Of a DNA stretch of 64,000 nt, positions 23,467-34,890 are shown piece by piece (positions within the stretch are counted from its first letter, which is position 1; each line of letters starts with the position of its first letter). The stretch is taken from assembly GCF_018977255.1 (NCBI RefSeq), contig NW_024704767.1, positions 7,316,001-7,380,000 of the forward strand, in the 5' to 3' direction. Source of the DNA: Callorhinchus milii (lineage: Eukaryota). A model generated the notes under the pieces. That model was given only the letters and a program-made list of their open reading frames with translations, ran no database searches and was not told the origin of the DNA. The translations under genes were made by a program, and so were the position numbers.

Positions 23467-25014
23467 GAAGGATATGGAAGGAATACAGTGATATTCTATA
23501 TCACTGTCTTCCTGTATTTAGCAAAAACAAATTCCAGCCCAACACTTTACAGGAACGCTAAATCGAAAAGCGCTAAAAGTCTAAAACAAATGTTTATTGT
23601 ACAATGGATACATAAATTTGACAGACAAACACTATTTCTGGAGTGTTGGAAATTTTTCATATAAAATTGCAGAGAAAATACAGTCAGACCATTAAATGCC
23701 ATTCAGAGGCTCCTGAGTAATACAAAGGCAATCGCACCATGTATCCCAAAGTGAAGTAAAATAAATAGAAATACAGATACCAAAGCACTGAGGTTGGATC
23801 TCATATAAGGCAGCTGAGTGTCTTGACCTGTATTCTTTCCACATCCAAATTCACCAATGCACCAATTTACCATTCATCAATTACTGTTTGTGGGACGTAG
23901 CTGTCACGTTTGCCCATATAACAATACTACCCTTCAAAATAGTAATAATTGATGCACTTTGGGACGTTTCGGTGTGGCAAGACACTATCAAAATCAAGTA
24001 TTAATAAATTCAATATTAAGAAAATACAGTACAACAATCAATCAAAGCCTTGCAATAGGGTCACAGTCAAATCCCTGCAGCAAGGTATATTGGAATGCAC
24101 TTAATTCCACATTAAATTGCTGTCTGTCCTCGTAGATGAAACAACAAATTGTGGTCAAGAATTTATTTTTTTACTCCCCTGATCAGGAGGGAAGACGGAA
24201 TCACTGAGACAGAGTCAATCATAATAAAAACAAAAACAGAATTAGAATTTATGATGTACACTTAAAATATCATTTAATATAAAAAACTCTTTAGTAGGAA
24301 CTTTCCCGGAAGAAAAAATATATAAACAGTGGCATTTACCGACTTAACTCACAGTGCAAATAGATAGCTGATGTAAGCCCTCTCTTAGAATGGGATCAGA
24401 TCTGCCAGGAGTCGGCTACAAAACTGTAATTTAATCAGAGGGTCTGAACATCATCAGCCACTGGAATCAGATTAAATTACCACTGTAAAAACTCTTGCCG
24501 ACGCTTTAGACATTACACATGGTAAAGATTGAACAATATAGCTGTGAAAGTGAGATAACTGACCTCAGTCAGGGCAGCATTAAGGACACTATGATTGACC
24601 TCAGTGGCACTTGGGTAGGGAGGGGAAGGGGTGAAGTCAACCAGGTCCTGATCACTACCCAGTGACTCAATGCTGGAAAATACATGAGGGTGAATGTCAG
24701 GTTAAGTATAGGATCTGGCCGGGTGATTCCTCCTGCCCAAACCCCCCCCCCGCCACATTCATTGTCCAAACTCACACATGAAAAATGCCAGGTATCAGAG
24801 GGTCCTTTCAGAAGGGACATTCAAAGAGGATTAATAAGATATATACGTACCACAGAGGAAGCCTGACAGAACTGAGTGAGAGAGGGAGTGACCCAGGACC
24901 TGAAAGGTATGTATTCTGATATGGTTTTGCACACATTTATTTATTTGACAACAGATTAAGAATCAAATAAAAGTTAAGGCATCCGTGGTCTGTACAATCC
25001 TGAAATAAATAGTG

Positions 25015-25223
25015 TCAGACCTGGGTATTTTGTTTCAACACCTTGATCAGCTCCTCCAGCTTCATAGCAGTTTTCAGATCTCCATGCACTCGCAAACGCC
25101 CACTCATGTAGGCTCCAAGAGGTTTCAGGTTACCTTTGAACATAGCTTTCATGTCGCACTCACTCATTTCCAGTATTACATCAGGACTTCGCTCCGGTTT
25201 GCCATGCCCAGCCTTACCGCAGC
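25015..25223 (-). CDS. STOML1: STOML1 exon 7 (CGKAGHG...PLGAYMSGRLRVHGDL...QV*)
   Basis: ctccag acceptor, TGA stop; SCP2 signature AYMSGRL. Confidence 0.95.
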
Positions 25224-25604
25224 CTGGAGTGAAGCAAAAGGGAAGTCACAAGGATCATCACTGACAAACTTAAATGATCGTCACTTTTATTACGAAGTAA
25301 AGATTCATCCTTTAATCCTGAGTCTATTATATTTTTGGTCAGGGGAGTGACCGACTCATGGGGAAAATCAATCATCATGCTTAAGAATACCCAAATTAAA
25401 CAGAGCTCCGTGCACCCCACCCACTCATGGAAATTTTGATACCTTGAAATACAGGAGAATTGCCTTGGGTAAGTGGAATCCTCAGTCTATTGAGAATTAC
25501 ATCACCCAGTTTTGTTACAGTGATAACCCGCATAAATATAGTTAATCTTTGTACATGTTCATGTGCTCGTCATTCCACAATGTCAATTGCAGGATAAAAC
25601 TCAC

Positions 25605-25811
25605 TTCTGGTGAGGTCCAGGAAATACGATGTCCCACTTCCATCCTTGAGGGTGATGCTGAAGAGGAAGCAGGCTCCAATTTGTTTGACCAATCCTTCAG
25701 AAATGGCCTGATTCACCTTAACAAGTATTTCATCCCCGATGGAAAGTTTCGGGCTTTCCTTTGGCAACATGGGTTCATCCACAGGGTTGTCACACACAAC
25801 CTGTGATATTT
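25605..25811 (-). CDS. STOML1: STOML1 exon 6 (ISQVVC...SEGLVKQIGACFLF...YFLDLTR)
   Basis: ttatag/gtgagt; start of SCP2 domain. Confidence 0.9.
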
Positions 25812-25920
25812 CTATAAGAACAGAAATGCAAAAGCTCAGGAAAAACAATCTCCGAACAAGCGTATCAGATTTCCAATTGTGGTAAATTGTTTCTTCCTCA
25901 TTTCTTCAGTCCTTTACCTG

Positions 25921-26243
25921 TAATAATAATAATCCTTGCATTTGATATAATGCTTTTCACATCTTCTAGACGTCTCAAAGCACTTTACAGAATATACTGT
26001 AAAGTGAATTGACCGTATATTTGTGGGCGAAACACGGTGGCCAATTGCGCACAGCAGTGTCCCACAAACGGTCATGAATTGAAAATGAAAATGAAAATGA
26101 TCGATTTATTATTGTTTATTAATTTAATATTATTAGACATGTGGAGTAAGGAAACTTATCCAAAGTTTCACCCTATCTGGGATTGAACCCAAGTGTCTCG
26201 CTTGCAAGGCAAGTGCTCTAACCACTGAGCTACAGGATTCCTG
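25921..26243 (-). mobile_element. Family-A SINE in STOML1 intron 5
   Basis: tRNA head (gtagctcagtggttagagcac on minus), body and (att)n tail. Confidence 0.92.
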
Positions 26244-26737
26244 TGGTGAAGCCTGCAGTCATAATGCTCTCTAAAAGTCTCTCCAAAATCCCTTCACCTT
26301 GCACATCACTCCCTGATTTCAAAGTTCTCTTGAAAACTATCTCTCTATATAACTATCTCTTTGCTCTTTTGGTCAACACCCTTAAACTCCCCTTTTTTTC
26401 CTCCATGATGAAGAGAGCATATCTAGTCTAGCTTCTCTCTAGCTTATCTAGTCATTCCTCATACCCCTAAAACTGCCCATCAGCCTTATTGCTCTCTTCT
26501 GCTCCGCCTCTGGACTTTCCAACAAAAAGAACTGCACTCTACAGGGCAGAAACAACTGATTAGAAAGAGTACGTACGATGCAGCTTGAGCATGATCTCTT
26601 GAGATTGGAACTCAGCTACTTTGCCAGTGGAGCCTTGCATCCTGTTTCATTTATTTATTGCTACCTCACAATGTTTGACTTGGAATTAAAATACAATTAC
26701 TAAATATACATATTGAGTGTACAGTATTCAGTCTAAC

Positions 26738-26951
26738 CTTTGATTGGGCTAGGCGCTATGGGGTTGCTGCCTATGAAATGCATAGTTAGGTGCTGAACAG
26801 GTCCAGGTTGCCCCTCCAGTCCAAGGGCAGGCGGCTTGAACACAGATGCTGATGACACCCTTTCTCGGGCTGGCTTTAACACTGCATCCAGAATTAATTC
26901 CACTCGATCCACTTCTAGGCCCCATGGTTTAGTCCTCTCATTGATTTCAAG
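26738..26951 (-). CDS. STOML1: STOML1 exon 5 (LEINERTKPWGLEVDRVEL...PIK)
   Basis: atttag/gttaga; WGLEVDRVEL motif. Confidence 0.93.
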
Positions 26952-27121
26952 CTAAATGTTCCGAAATAAAGACAGGTTTCAAACAAATCTAACTTTTGAC
27001 CATTTCTTATAAGACTTTCCTGTATGGAAATGCAATGTCGCTGGGTGCCAAACCAATACCAGGAACCACCCCTGCTCCCTCTGGTACCTGTTCTTACCCA
27101 GTAAGCAATAGTCAGTCTTAC

Positions 27122-27325
27122 CGTTAACTCTTCTCCAATTTTCATCTTTTCCATTTGAATTTCCTTTAAGCTTTTTTTAAGCAGGATGTGAGTCATTATG
27201 TTCTGGGCAGTGAGCTGCGAGGAGCTGTTTAAATCCTGAACTGCAATCACAGACAGGACCGGATTCCAAATCCGAAACTGTATCTCTGCTCCCACTGAGA
27301 TCAAAGCTTCATCTTTGGACGTGAT
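27122..27325 (-). CDS. STOML1: STOML1 exon 4 (ITSKDEALISVGAEIQFRIWNPVLSV...EELT)
   Basis: aaacag/gtaaga; SPFH domain. Confidence 0.95.
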
Positions 27326-27957
27326 CTGTTTCAAGGGAGGATGTAAATTTAGCTTTGTGAACGTTAGCTCAATAGAAATCAGGGTTGGGGGTTCAGCTAA
27401 ATCCAGTATATCATTTACCATTTACAAGAGTTATGAAATTATACCAGAAGGAGGATGGTCCAGATGAAAATAAACAAATTGCAACTTCATTTTATCCAAT
27501 CCTCTAGGCCACTTCCTCCCTGCCATCACTGACCAAAGCAAGTAGACCATCTCATGGAGGGAGGTGAAGTGCTCTCTCTGTGAACTGGTCATGCACATCC
27601 AGCTTCACAGACTTCTCTTGTTTAAAAAGTGGTGGTCAGTGCAGGTGTATTCGAAAACCCGCAAGTATTTTTAATTTTTTTTCAATCAAAAGGGTTAATT
27701 GTATGACAGCCAACACTTGCAGTTACCATTTTTTTTATTTTATCATGTAATCACATATACCAGAAGACAAAAAAGGGAAACATGATATAGCTGGAACACT
27801 GAGGGTGCAGATAAGGTTGTGCTAAACAGGTTCTTTAACTGGGGCACAAAGAACAGATCAGGAGGACACAAATACAATAACCACCAGCCTCAGGTTATTT
27901 TAGAATGATTGTTTCCCTCCCTCCCCCAACAGTTACCAACACTGAAGGCATAAGTAC

Positions 27958-28107
27958 CTTACATGGTGGAACACTGAGAGCTCTCGTCCTGATGTCGACT
28001 TGTTGAAACTGATCAATGCAAGGCAGCACAAAGACCATGCCGGGGCCTTTGGAGCCTTTGATCCTTCCCAAGCGGAATAATACAAGCCTATTGTAGCTCG
28101 GTACTGT
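27958..28107 (-). CDS. STOML1: STOML1 exon 3 (TVPSYNRLVLFRLGRIKGSKGPG...VPPCK)
   Basis: ctgcag/gtactt; FRLGR and GPG stomatin motifs. Confidence 0.95.
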
Positions 28108-28711
28108 CTGCAGATATAAAGACGAGTACTGTACCTTTAATTTAATCTAGAAACATCAACAAGGCTACAAGACATCTATTGTTCAATGACTAGGTACAAG
28201 TCTAGCATTCATGAAACTCGATTCCACTGTCATCCACCCCAACAAGAAGAGGACAATAAAGAATTTGTGATGGATTTAAAACAAAAGAATTCTGGGTTGA
28301 TCTCAGCCTGGGCAGCACGTAGCAGTTGCTGAAGTTGCTGGGGAAAGGAAGAAAACAATCAGCTAGGTTCCCTACTCCTGACTCCTATCCTAAATTTAAA
28401 AACATATACACAATTCTAGGTGGAGTGTCATAATTTGCACAATTCAGATCAGGTAGAATTTCAATCTTCAGCCAATGGATTTACACAGAAAGAGTAGAGT
28501 AGTTGCAACTGCTGTGCACAATTGGCTGCTGGGTTTTGTCCACAAAATACAGTCCACAGTTAATTCACTTTACAAGCACTTGGAGATGTCTAAAAAATAT
28601 GATAAGGCACTATACCTATTATTATTATTAGTTCAATCTCGGGACAATTCCTCCCAGCATTCTACCTCCCATCCAACATTATAAACTACATCTCTACCAT
28701 TGCATACGTAC

Positions 28712-28818
28712 CTTTATAGCAAACCACAGTGAGACTGGAAAGGTGATGAGTATCATAAGAAAAATAAGAGACGTCACAAGGCCATTGCAAATCTTTGACA
28801 TCCACCCCTGCCTCTGAT
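28712..28818 (-). CDS. STOML1: STOML1 exon 2 (QRQGWMSKICNGLVTSLIFLMILITFPVSLWFAIK)
   Basis: tttttag/gtacgt; hydrophobic hairpin with TFP. Confidence 0.92.
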
Positions 28819-29524
28819 CTAAAAATAGGAAGAATTTAAAAGCAGTGGAAGCTAAAGATCCCAGGACACCATTTCAAATGAGAAAGGAGGTTCTCCCGGT
28901 GGCAATGACCAACAATCCTCCAGATAAAACTGATCAGTGTGAAACCTTGACGTGCACAAACCAACTGCCAGGTTGGCCTGCAAATGCAGTCACAACACCT
29001 GTTCCGCTACATCTGCTGTTGAGAGACCAGCCGGTCTAGCTCATCGGTAGGACTTGGAAGGGCAGACCGGTCACTGGGGACGGGAACTCTTCCCAGTCAG
29101 TTCCCAGTAACCTTGCAGGAGAAAGCCCTAACGCAAAGGGTGGTCCTAGCTGGTCAAGGAGCGTGAAAACTTGCCAGACAGTAAGTACTGTTGATGGAAG
29201 CTACGCGGTTTTAGTTGGTCAGACTCCGGCAGTACCCCAACGCACACTCTGGGACGGACCCCAAGCCGTGGCTCTTGCACCTAATACTTTCCGGAATTAG
29301 GTAAGCGGGACGAGTCGCACCCGGGGGAGTGCACATTCCGCTCCAATACACGTCGGTCGTTTCCATGTGTGGGCGCCACGCAAGGAACTCTCAGTTAGGT
29401 TTGGAGACTCTTAAGCCGCGGGTTTCCCCGTGTGTCAGACGCCTGGGGGGGGCGACCCCCCAAAAATACGCCCAAGTGTATCGATCTCCGTCTGGACCGC
29501 TCCTCACCTGTACACCCCGCAGCC

Positions 29525-29790
29525 ATCGGAATAGACCCCTCCCACCAAACAGGCCACCCCCATCAGAATAGACCACTCCCACCAAACAGCCCACACCCCC
29601 ATCAGAATAGACCACTCCCACCAAACAGACCACACCCTCACAGAATAGACCCCTCCCACCAAACAGACCACTCCCACAAAACAGACCCCTCCCACCAAAC
29701 GCCACTCCCCCACCAGAATAGACCCTCCCACCAAACAGACCCCTCCCACCAAACAGGCCACACCCCCCATCGGAATAGGCCTTCTCCCCC
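29525..29790. repeat. C-rich minisatellite (~17/35-bp units) in STOML1 intron 1
   Basis: repeated cagaatagacc(a/c)ctcccaccaaacag. Confidence 0.92.
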
Positions 29791-29806
29791 CGCCCCCCCC
29801 CCTCAC

Positions 29807-29903
29807 CTGCCCCCGCTGCCCCGGAGACTCTCATGCTGTAGTGGACAGAGACCACACTGGGCCCCAGGCTGTGCTCGCTTGTGGACAGCGGTTGGTAACG
29901 CAT
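29807..29903 (-). CDS. STOML1: STOML1 exon 1 (MRYQPLST...GAAGA)
   Basis: ATG in a CpG-rich region, gtgagg donor, phase 1 matches exon 2; YxxL motif like human GYRAL. Confidence 0.72.
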
Positions 29904-30024
29904 CGTCCTGGGCCTCTCCGGGCCCGGGGGGGTGGGGTTGGGGGTTATTGACACAGCGCCGGATCAGCCCACGGATCGACCGAGTCCACCTCTCACCGAC
30001 AACGGAAATGGCTCGTAACCGCCG

Positions 30025-30112
30025 CAGCGCCGCCTAGCGATGGCAGTCCCGCTGGCACCGCAGCGCCCCTCGCTGGTGGGAGTATCCCTGGCACCGCAGC
30101 GCCTCCTGGCGG
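30025..30112 (-). promoter_or_regulatory. Three tandem CTCF-like motifs at 36-bp spacing upstream of STOML1
   Basis: cagcgccgcctagcga (30025), cagcgcccctcgctgg (30061), cagcgcctcctggcgg (30097); reverse complements resemble CCASYAGRKGGCRS. Confidence 0.6.
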
Positions 30113-30324
30113 ATGCAGAGGTATCCTCAGCACAGGATGATCGTCTTTTGAAGCAATGCCTCTTATGAAATGTTGGCGACTGTAAACGATGAAGTCACGG
30201 CGCCCCCTTTAGTATTTTGCCGACAGAAAATATCCGGTTTAACGCCGTTTGAAAACCATACTGCGTTGTGAAAAGAAAAAAAAACTTAAGAGTTTGGTTA
30301 CTCCCCCCAAACCAAAACCCAAAA

Positions 30325-30519
30325 CAATAAATAATAAATTGGTCATTTTCAATCTACGACTGTTTGTGGGACATTGCTGTGCGCAATTGGCTGCCGCGTT
30401 CGCCCACAAATATACAGTCAATTCACTTTACAGTGTGTTCTGTGAAGCGCTTTGGGACGTCCCTCCCGGCGTGAAAAGCGCTATATCAAATGCAAGGATT
30501 GTTATTATTATTATTATTA
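30325..30519 (+). mobile_element. Family-A SINE 3' half
   Basis: body plus gcgctttgggacgtcc..gtgaaaagcgctatatcaaatgcaagg(att)n. Confidence 0.92.
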
Positions 30520-31249
30520 AGTCTGGAGATGCAATATATACGGTCATTCATTTTATTTCAAAATGCGCATATCAGTAATTTTACATTCTGCATCTTATTG
30601 TCAGACCAGACAGCAATACTGTACTATCCGCATCTCAAAAAAAAACTTGTCGAAGCACTTCTAATTTTAGATCATTTCCCATTCTATAGAAATTGGCCAT
30701 GATATGATGCCATAGTTTTTTTTAACTATCTCAAGTATTATAGACAAATTACATCTATTTCCTGACACGTTCACAATTCACTGGTCATTACACTGCATTA
30801 CAGGATGTTATACATATTAACCACCTGCTTCCTTTAACACAATGGTTTCATGAACCCAGAAAGGAAGACAAACAAAGGAGTGTCTTGGCAACAACTGTTC
30901 CACTGATAAAGACAGATATTAACATGCAAGTGTTGAGGGAATGAAAATCTAATGTAATATATCTCAACATCAAACATATTAATTTGCCAACTAGAGTGCA
31001 GAACATCAAAACAAAACATACCTTTTTTTCAAACTTACTCTTTTTTTAAACACACAAAACACCAATTAGCCACAACCAGCAACACGGTAAATTTAACAAT
31101 ACTGATATTGGTATTAGTATTAAATCCATCTTTAATCTTACAAATGAGAAATTATTCAGTTTCATTTTTCCTTTGCATGCTGAGTTTTACCTCCTTGCAA
31201 ATATTTTGTTTCCTTATGTTCAAGATTACATAATAATCCCTCAAGAAAA

Positions 31250-31425
31250 AAATAATAAAATTGGTCACTTCAGCCCATGACTGTTTGTGGGACACTGTTG
31301 TGCGCAATTGGTTTGACCCACAAGTATATAGTCAGTTTGCTTTACAGTATATCCTGTGAAGTTCTTTGAGATGTCTAGAAGACATGAAAAGCACTATATC
31401 AAATGCATGGATTATTATTTATTAT
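31250..31425 (+). mobile_element. Family-A SINE 3' half
   Basis: same body and tail. Confidence 0.85.
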
Positions 31426-32943
31426 TGTTACATATTACCAACATCTGAAAGCAAAGGATCTACTGTAGATTTCAAACATTTCACAAAACTTTGATGGAAG
31501 ACACCTGATGCAAACAGTGCAGTTTTTCACTTCCTGTGAAAATTCTAAGCACAATATCATGTAATAGCAGCTAAGTCTCCATGATAAGCCAGACAGATGG
31601 TGAAGAGGTAAGATTGGACTGCCAACATTCACTGCCGACGTTCGCTGCTGAGGCACACACGTCCACAGTGGTCATCTGGGATGGAGTGCCTCTAGAACAG
31701 TGTCTGTTGAACTGCTCGACACCTTGAGGAAGCTGGGGACAAGAGCAGAGACATGTCCACTGGAGAGAAATTTGGCAAATAATTTTTATTTTAAAAGTGG
31801 CTGCGATACTTCTGCTGTTTTCTCAGAACCAGTCAACCTGAGGGAGACCCCACTTAACTCTTCCCCTCCTGATAAATATATAGATTTTTTCAGATAGCTT
31901 AAAACACATGCACAGTAGTCAAACTAGGATTAATTTTTTTGACCACAAATCTGAACAATGTTTCTAAGTCTTCTCTTAATTACAATAATTCTTACATTTG
32001 CTAAAATGACTTTCACATATGGAGAATGCCTCAAAGCCCTTCATAGAATATACTATAAAGTGCAGTGACTATGTGTTTTGCAGGTGAATTATACTCTTAG
32101 AAATTTTAATTTCATTTAAGATAAAGAATAGGTCCACAATGTTTGTACGGTAACAAATACAATAATGTTTAAGCTCTGAGGTAACAGTTGTATTCAAAAA
32201 AATTCAGTGCATCTTAAAACACTATTAGTACAGAAATAAGCCAAGCATTTAGAATCTAGGCACACCTCTGCAAGTACTGGAATAGGGTTGCATTGTTGGA
32301 ACTGCCGTCCTTCAGATGCTCATTTTGAAAAGGTAGTTTGTGTGAAGGGAGAAGGAAATGTGTTTAATTTGAGGGTCCATTTATATTGCAGAAATGCTAT
32401 AACATTTTGTGAAAGCCAGATTCCAGTCCAACTGTTTTTGAAAAGGTCTTCCACTCCCAACTTTGTACCAAACGTGGATTGATTTCAAAACAATTGCTGA
32501 TATGATGGAAAAGTGAGAATTAATTTAAACATGAGTTTTGTTTACTAATTTTTTGTAGTAATTACACGCCTTTTAAAAAATCTTTTTAAAGATTTAACAT
32601 TTGATCTGATATTCCTTGTTAAATTGTGACTGCATGTCAAACCAAACTTGAAAATGCATAAGTGAAAGGGGTTAATTTAAAAGGGAAACCAACAGACTGC
32701 AATATATTTCTGAACATTGCAATATCCCTGCAATCATCAAAAGTTGAGCAAACTAGAGTTGAGAATTGAAAATATGAACAAATATTCAATTATATAAAGT
32801 ATAAGAAAAATACACTTGAAAAATGGTGTCAGTGTATTCAAGTATTTACACCTTTCAAGTGTATTGTCCTGTTATTCTATTCACTGGCTACATTACTATG
32901 GCATATTGCATTTAATACTACACAGAATGAGGTTTTAAGGAAA

Positions 32944-33156
32944 TTACAACAAACAGCATGCCCGGAACAGCAGCATCCCATTGTCAGAGCTAATATCTAA
33001 GCAAAATGCTTCATTGGCTGCAATAAAGAGAATGGATCCACGCCTCAAGCAGATTTGCGATGAGCTACCAACAGATGTAGCTTCTCCATTAATGACCAGT
33101 AGGATACTTGCTGAATCAATGCAGGACACTCTGTACTGCTTCATTGAACATGGAAT
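32944..33156 (-). CDS. MPI: MPI exon 8 (IPCSMKQY...LFRACCLL*)
   Basis: acctag acceptor; C-terminus FRACCLL as in vertebrate MPI. Confidence 0.94.
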   Translation of the reverse strand: MPCSMKQYRVSCIDSASILLVINGEATSVGSSSQICLRRGSILFIAANEAFCLDISSDNGMLLFRACCLL

Positions 33157-33537
33157 CTAGGTTCCAAAAAGAAAAAAAAAGATCAGTTATTCTCTGGAAG
33201 CTGTACAGGCATAGTACTTTTGAGTGCATACAGAACAATTCAGTAAACCCAAATTTAGGATCTTAGAAGAGTAGCGAGACCTTCAAAAATTCATAGAGTA
33301 CAAGATGAAATTACTGTGAACAAAATTACCAATAATTCCAATCACAAATATCTATCACTTTGATGCCCATGTAAAGCGACAAATCCTCATCTAGCATTTT
33401 GAACACTAAGGCTTGTTTCATCACTTATCAATTCTATGAATCATACACAATATGGAACATTAAAATCCCATAGTGTATGGGAAGAACTCGAGCCAACGGG
33501 AGCAAATGAACAATAATACAAATTATTGGAACATTAC

Positions 33538-33746
33538 CTCGATTTTCAGAACTGTGAAGTCAGGCACTGGAGGATCATACACAGTGACACAAGCATCATA
33601 AGGATCCTGCACCATTGGAAAGATCTTCGAGCATGCAGAGGAAGGCGTGTAATTTAGCATTTCAACGAGGGTCTGAACATCAATGAATTTTGGAGTGAGG
33701 CCAGCTCGCACGGTGTTATCAGAACAAGCCATGCATTCAATGCAAT
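33538..33746 (-). CDS. MPI: MPI exon 7 ([19 protein letters not shown]...LKIE)
   Basis: ttccag/gtaatg. Confidence 0.96.
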
Positions 33747-34717
33747 CTGGAATGAGGGCGATAGTAAATAAACAATCAATCTATTTTGAGCACTTAATTA
33801 TCGTAATTATATGCAGTTATTCCCTACCATTATTAACAATACAAAACATCTCAAATTTTCGTAAGGAATAAGAACTGTTTTTTGGACTAGTGTGTTTTTT
33901 TTTAATCATATGAATCTATATGCAACCTAAATCTAATGAACAAAATTATGGTTAGGTTACGATTGATGTACAAATCAACTTCAGTAAATCATCCAGTTTT
34001 GTTTTGTGGATAGAAAAGCTTATCAAATGGTATATAGACTTTTATACTTGGCTCCACAAATCAGAACCCTAGTCAAAGGTTATCCCCTAGTAAGTATCAC
34101 AATCAATAGATTTGAATAAAAAGTTTTCTTGTCATGAGGAATTTAATTTCAACATTATATTGCTATCAGATTTATAAAGTAAATGAGACATCTGTGTGCC
34201 TTCAAACTTCTGCATTTGTACCAGAGGTGATTTTCAATGCATAAAAGGTATTTCAAACAAAAAAATTAATTCAAAATTAATCATTTACTCTCTGCTCACT
34301 GGACTCCAACTAAAGCAAAGAATGGGGAAGGCAAGATATGGAATAAGTAGTGGCTTGCCATTTTAGACAAACAAAGAGCCTTTCTGACCTACACGGAAAT
34401 GCCAATTAATCTTTTTTTAAAACAATGGATCCAAGTCTGGGTCCAATCCTCTTGGGGAGTCAACTTGTACAATAGTTATTGCATCTATCTAAATTTAGAT
34501 ATAAATACAAAAAAACAAGACTAACAAAGCATCGTAGCTTTAAACTAGAACAACATACCATAATGTATTTGTATTTCCTTTGGTGCTAATTTAATTCCTT
34601 CACAGAGTCAGGATCAGGAATGTCTTTTTTTAACTGATGTTCAACAGAGAAAGTCTTCGAAAGACTGAAATAAATTTGCATTTGGTCATAGTTTTCTTCA
34701 AAAATATCAAGCCTCAC

Positions 34718-34890
34718 CTCCAGAAAGGTATGCATGAGGTTCATTAGCACTTAGGAACATGGCCTGCCCAGGCTGTAGTTTCATCAGGTTCAAGAAGTAG
34801 ATGACAAAACACCCAACATCGCCTGGAAACTGGGAGTGTAATCGCAGCAACAGTTCACCATTACTTTTGTAGTGTCTTTGCCCGCACCAC
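34718..34890 (-). CDS. MPI: MPI exon 6 ([27 protein letters not shown]...NEPHAYLSG); 173 nt, frame-shifted unless the acceptor at 34909 is used
   Basis: ccatag/gtgagg; PGDVGCF and NEPHAYL motifs; one base short at the T-run 34865-34868. Confidence 0.88.

Larger units (their letters stand above)
25015..29903 (-). other. STOML1: STOML1 gene (stomatin-like 1; SPFH/band-7 plus SCP2 domains), 7 exons, ~395 aa
   Basis: Exons 29807-29903, 28712-28818, 27958-28107, 27122-27325, 26738-26951, 25605-25811, 25015-25223 sum to 1188 nt in frame. Confidence 0.93.

Noticed and set aside
26577-26641. Possible 65-nt poison exon in STOML1 intron 5 (cag...gtacgt, in-frame TAG)
   Set aside because: The acceptor lacks a polypyrimidine tract and exons 5-6 join correctly without it; no support.
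29329-30037. Long low-complexity ORFs (187, 201, 100 aa)
   Set aside because: Produced by the minisatellite; only 29807-29903 behaves as an exon.
29525-30112. Regularly spaced repeats as a CRISPR-like array
   Set aside because: Vertebrate DNA, no unique spacers, no cas genes; ordinary tandem repeats.
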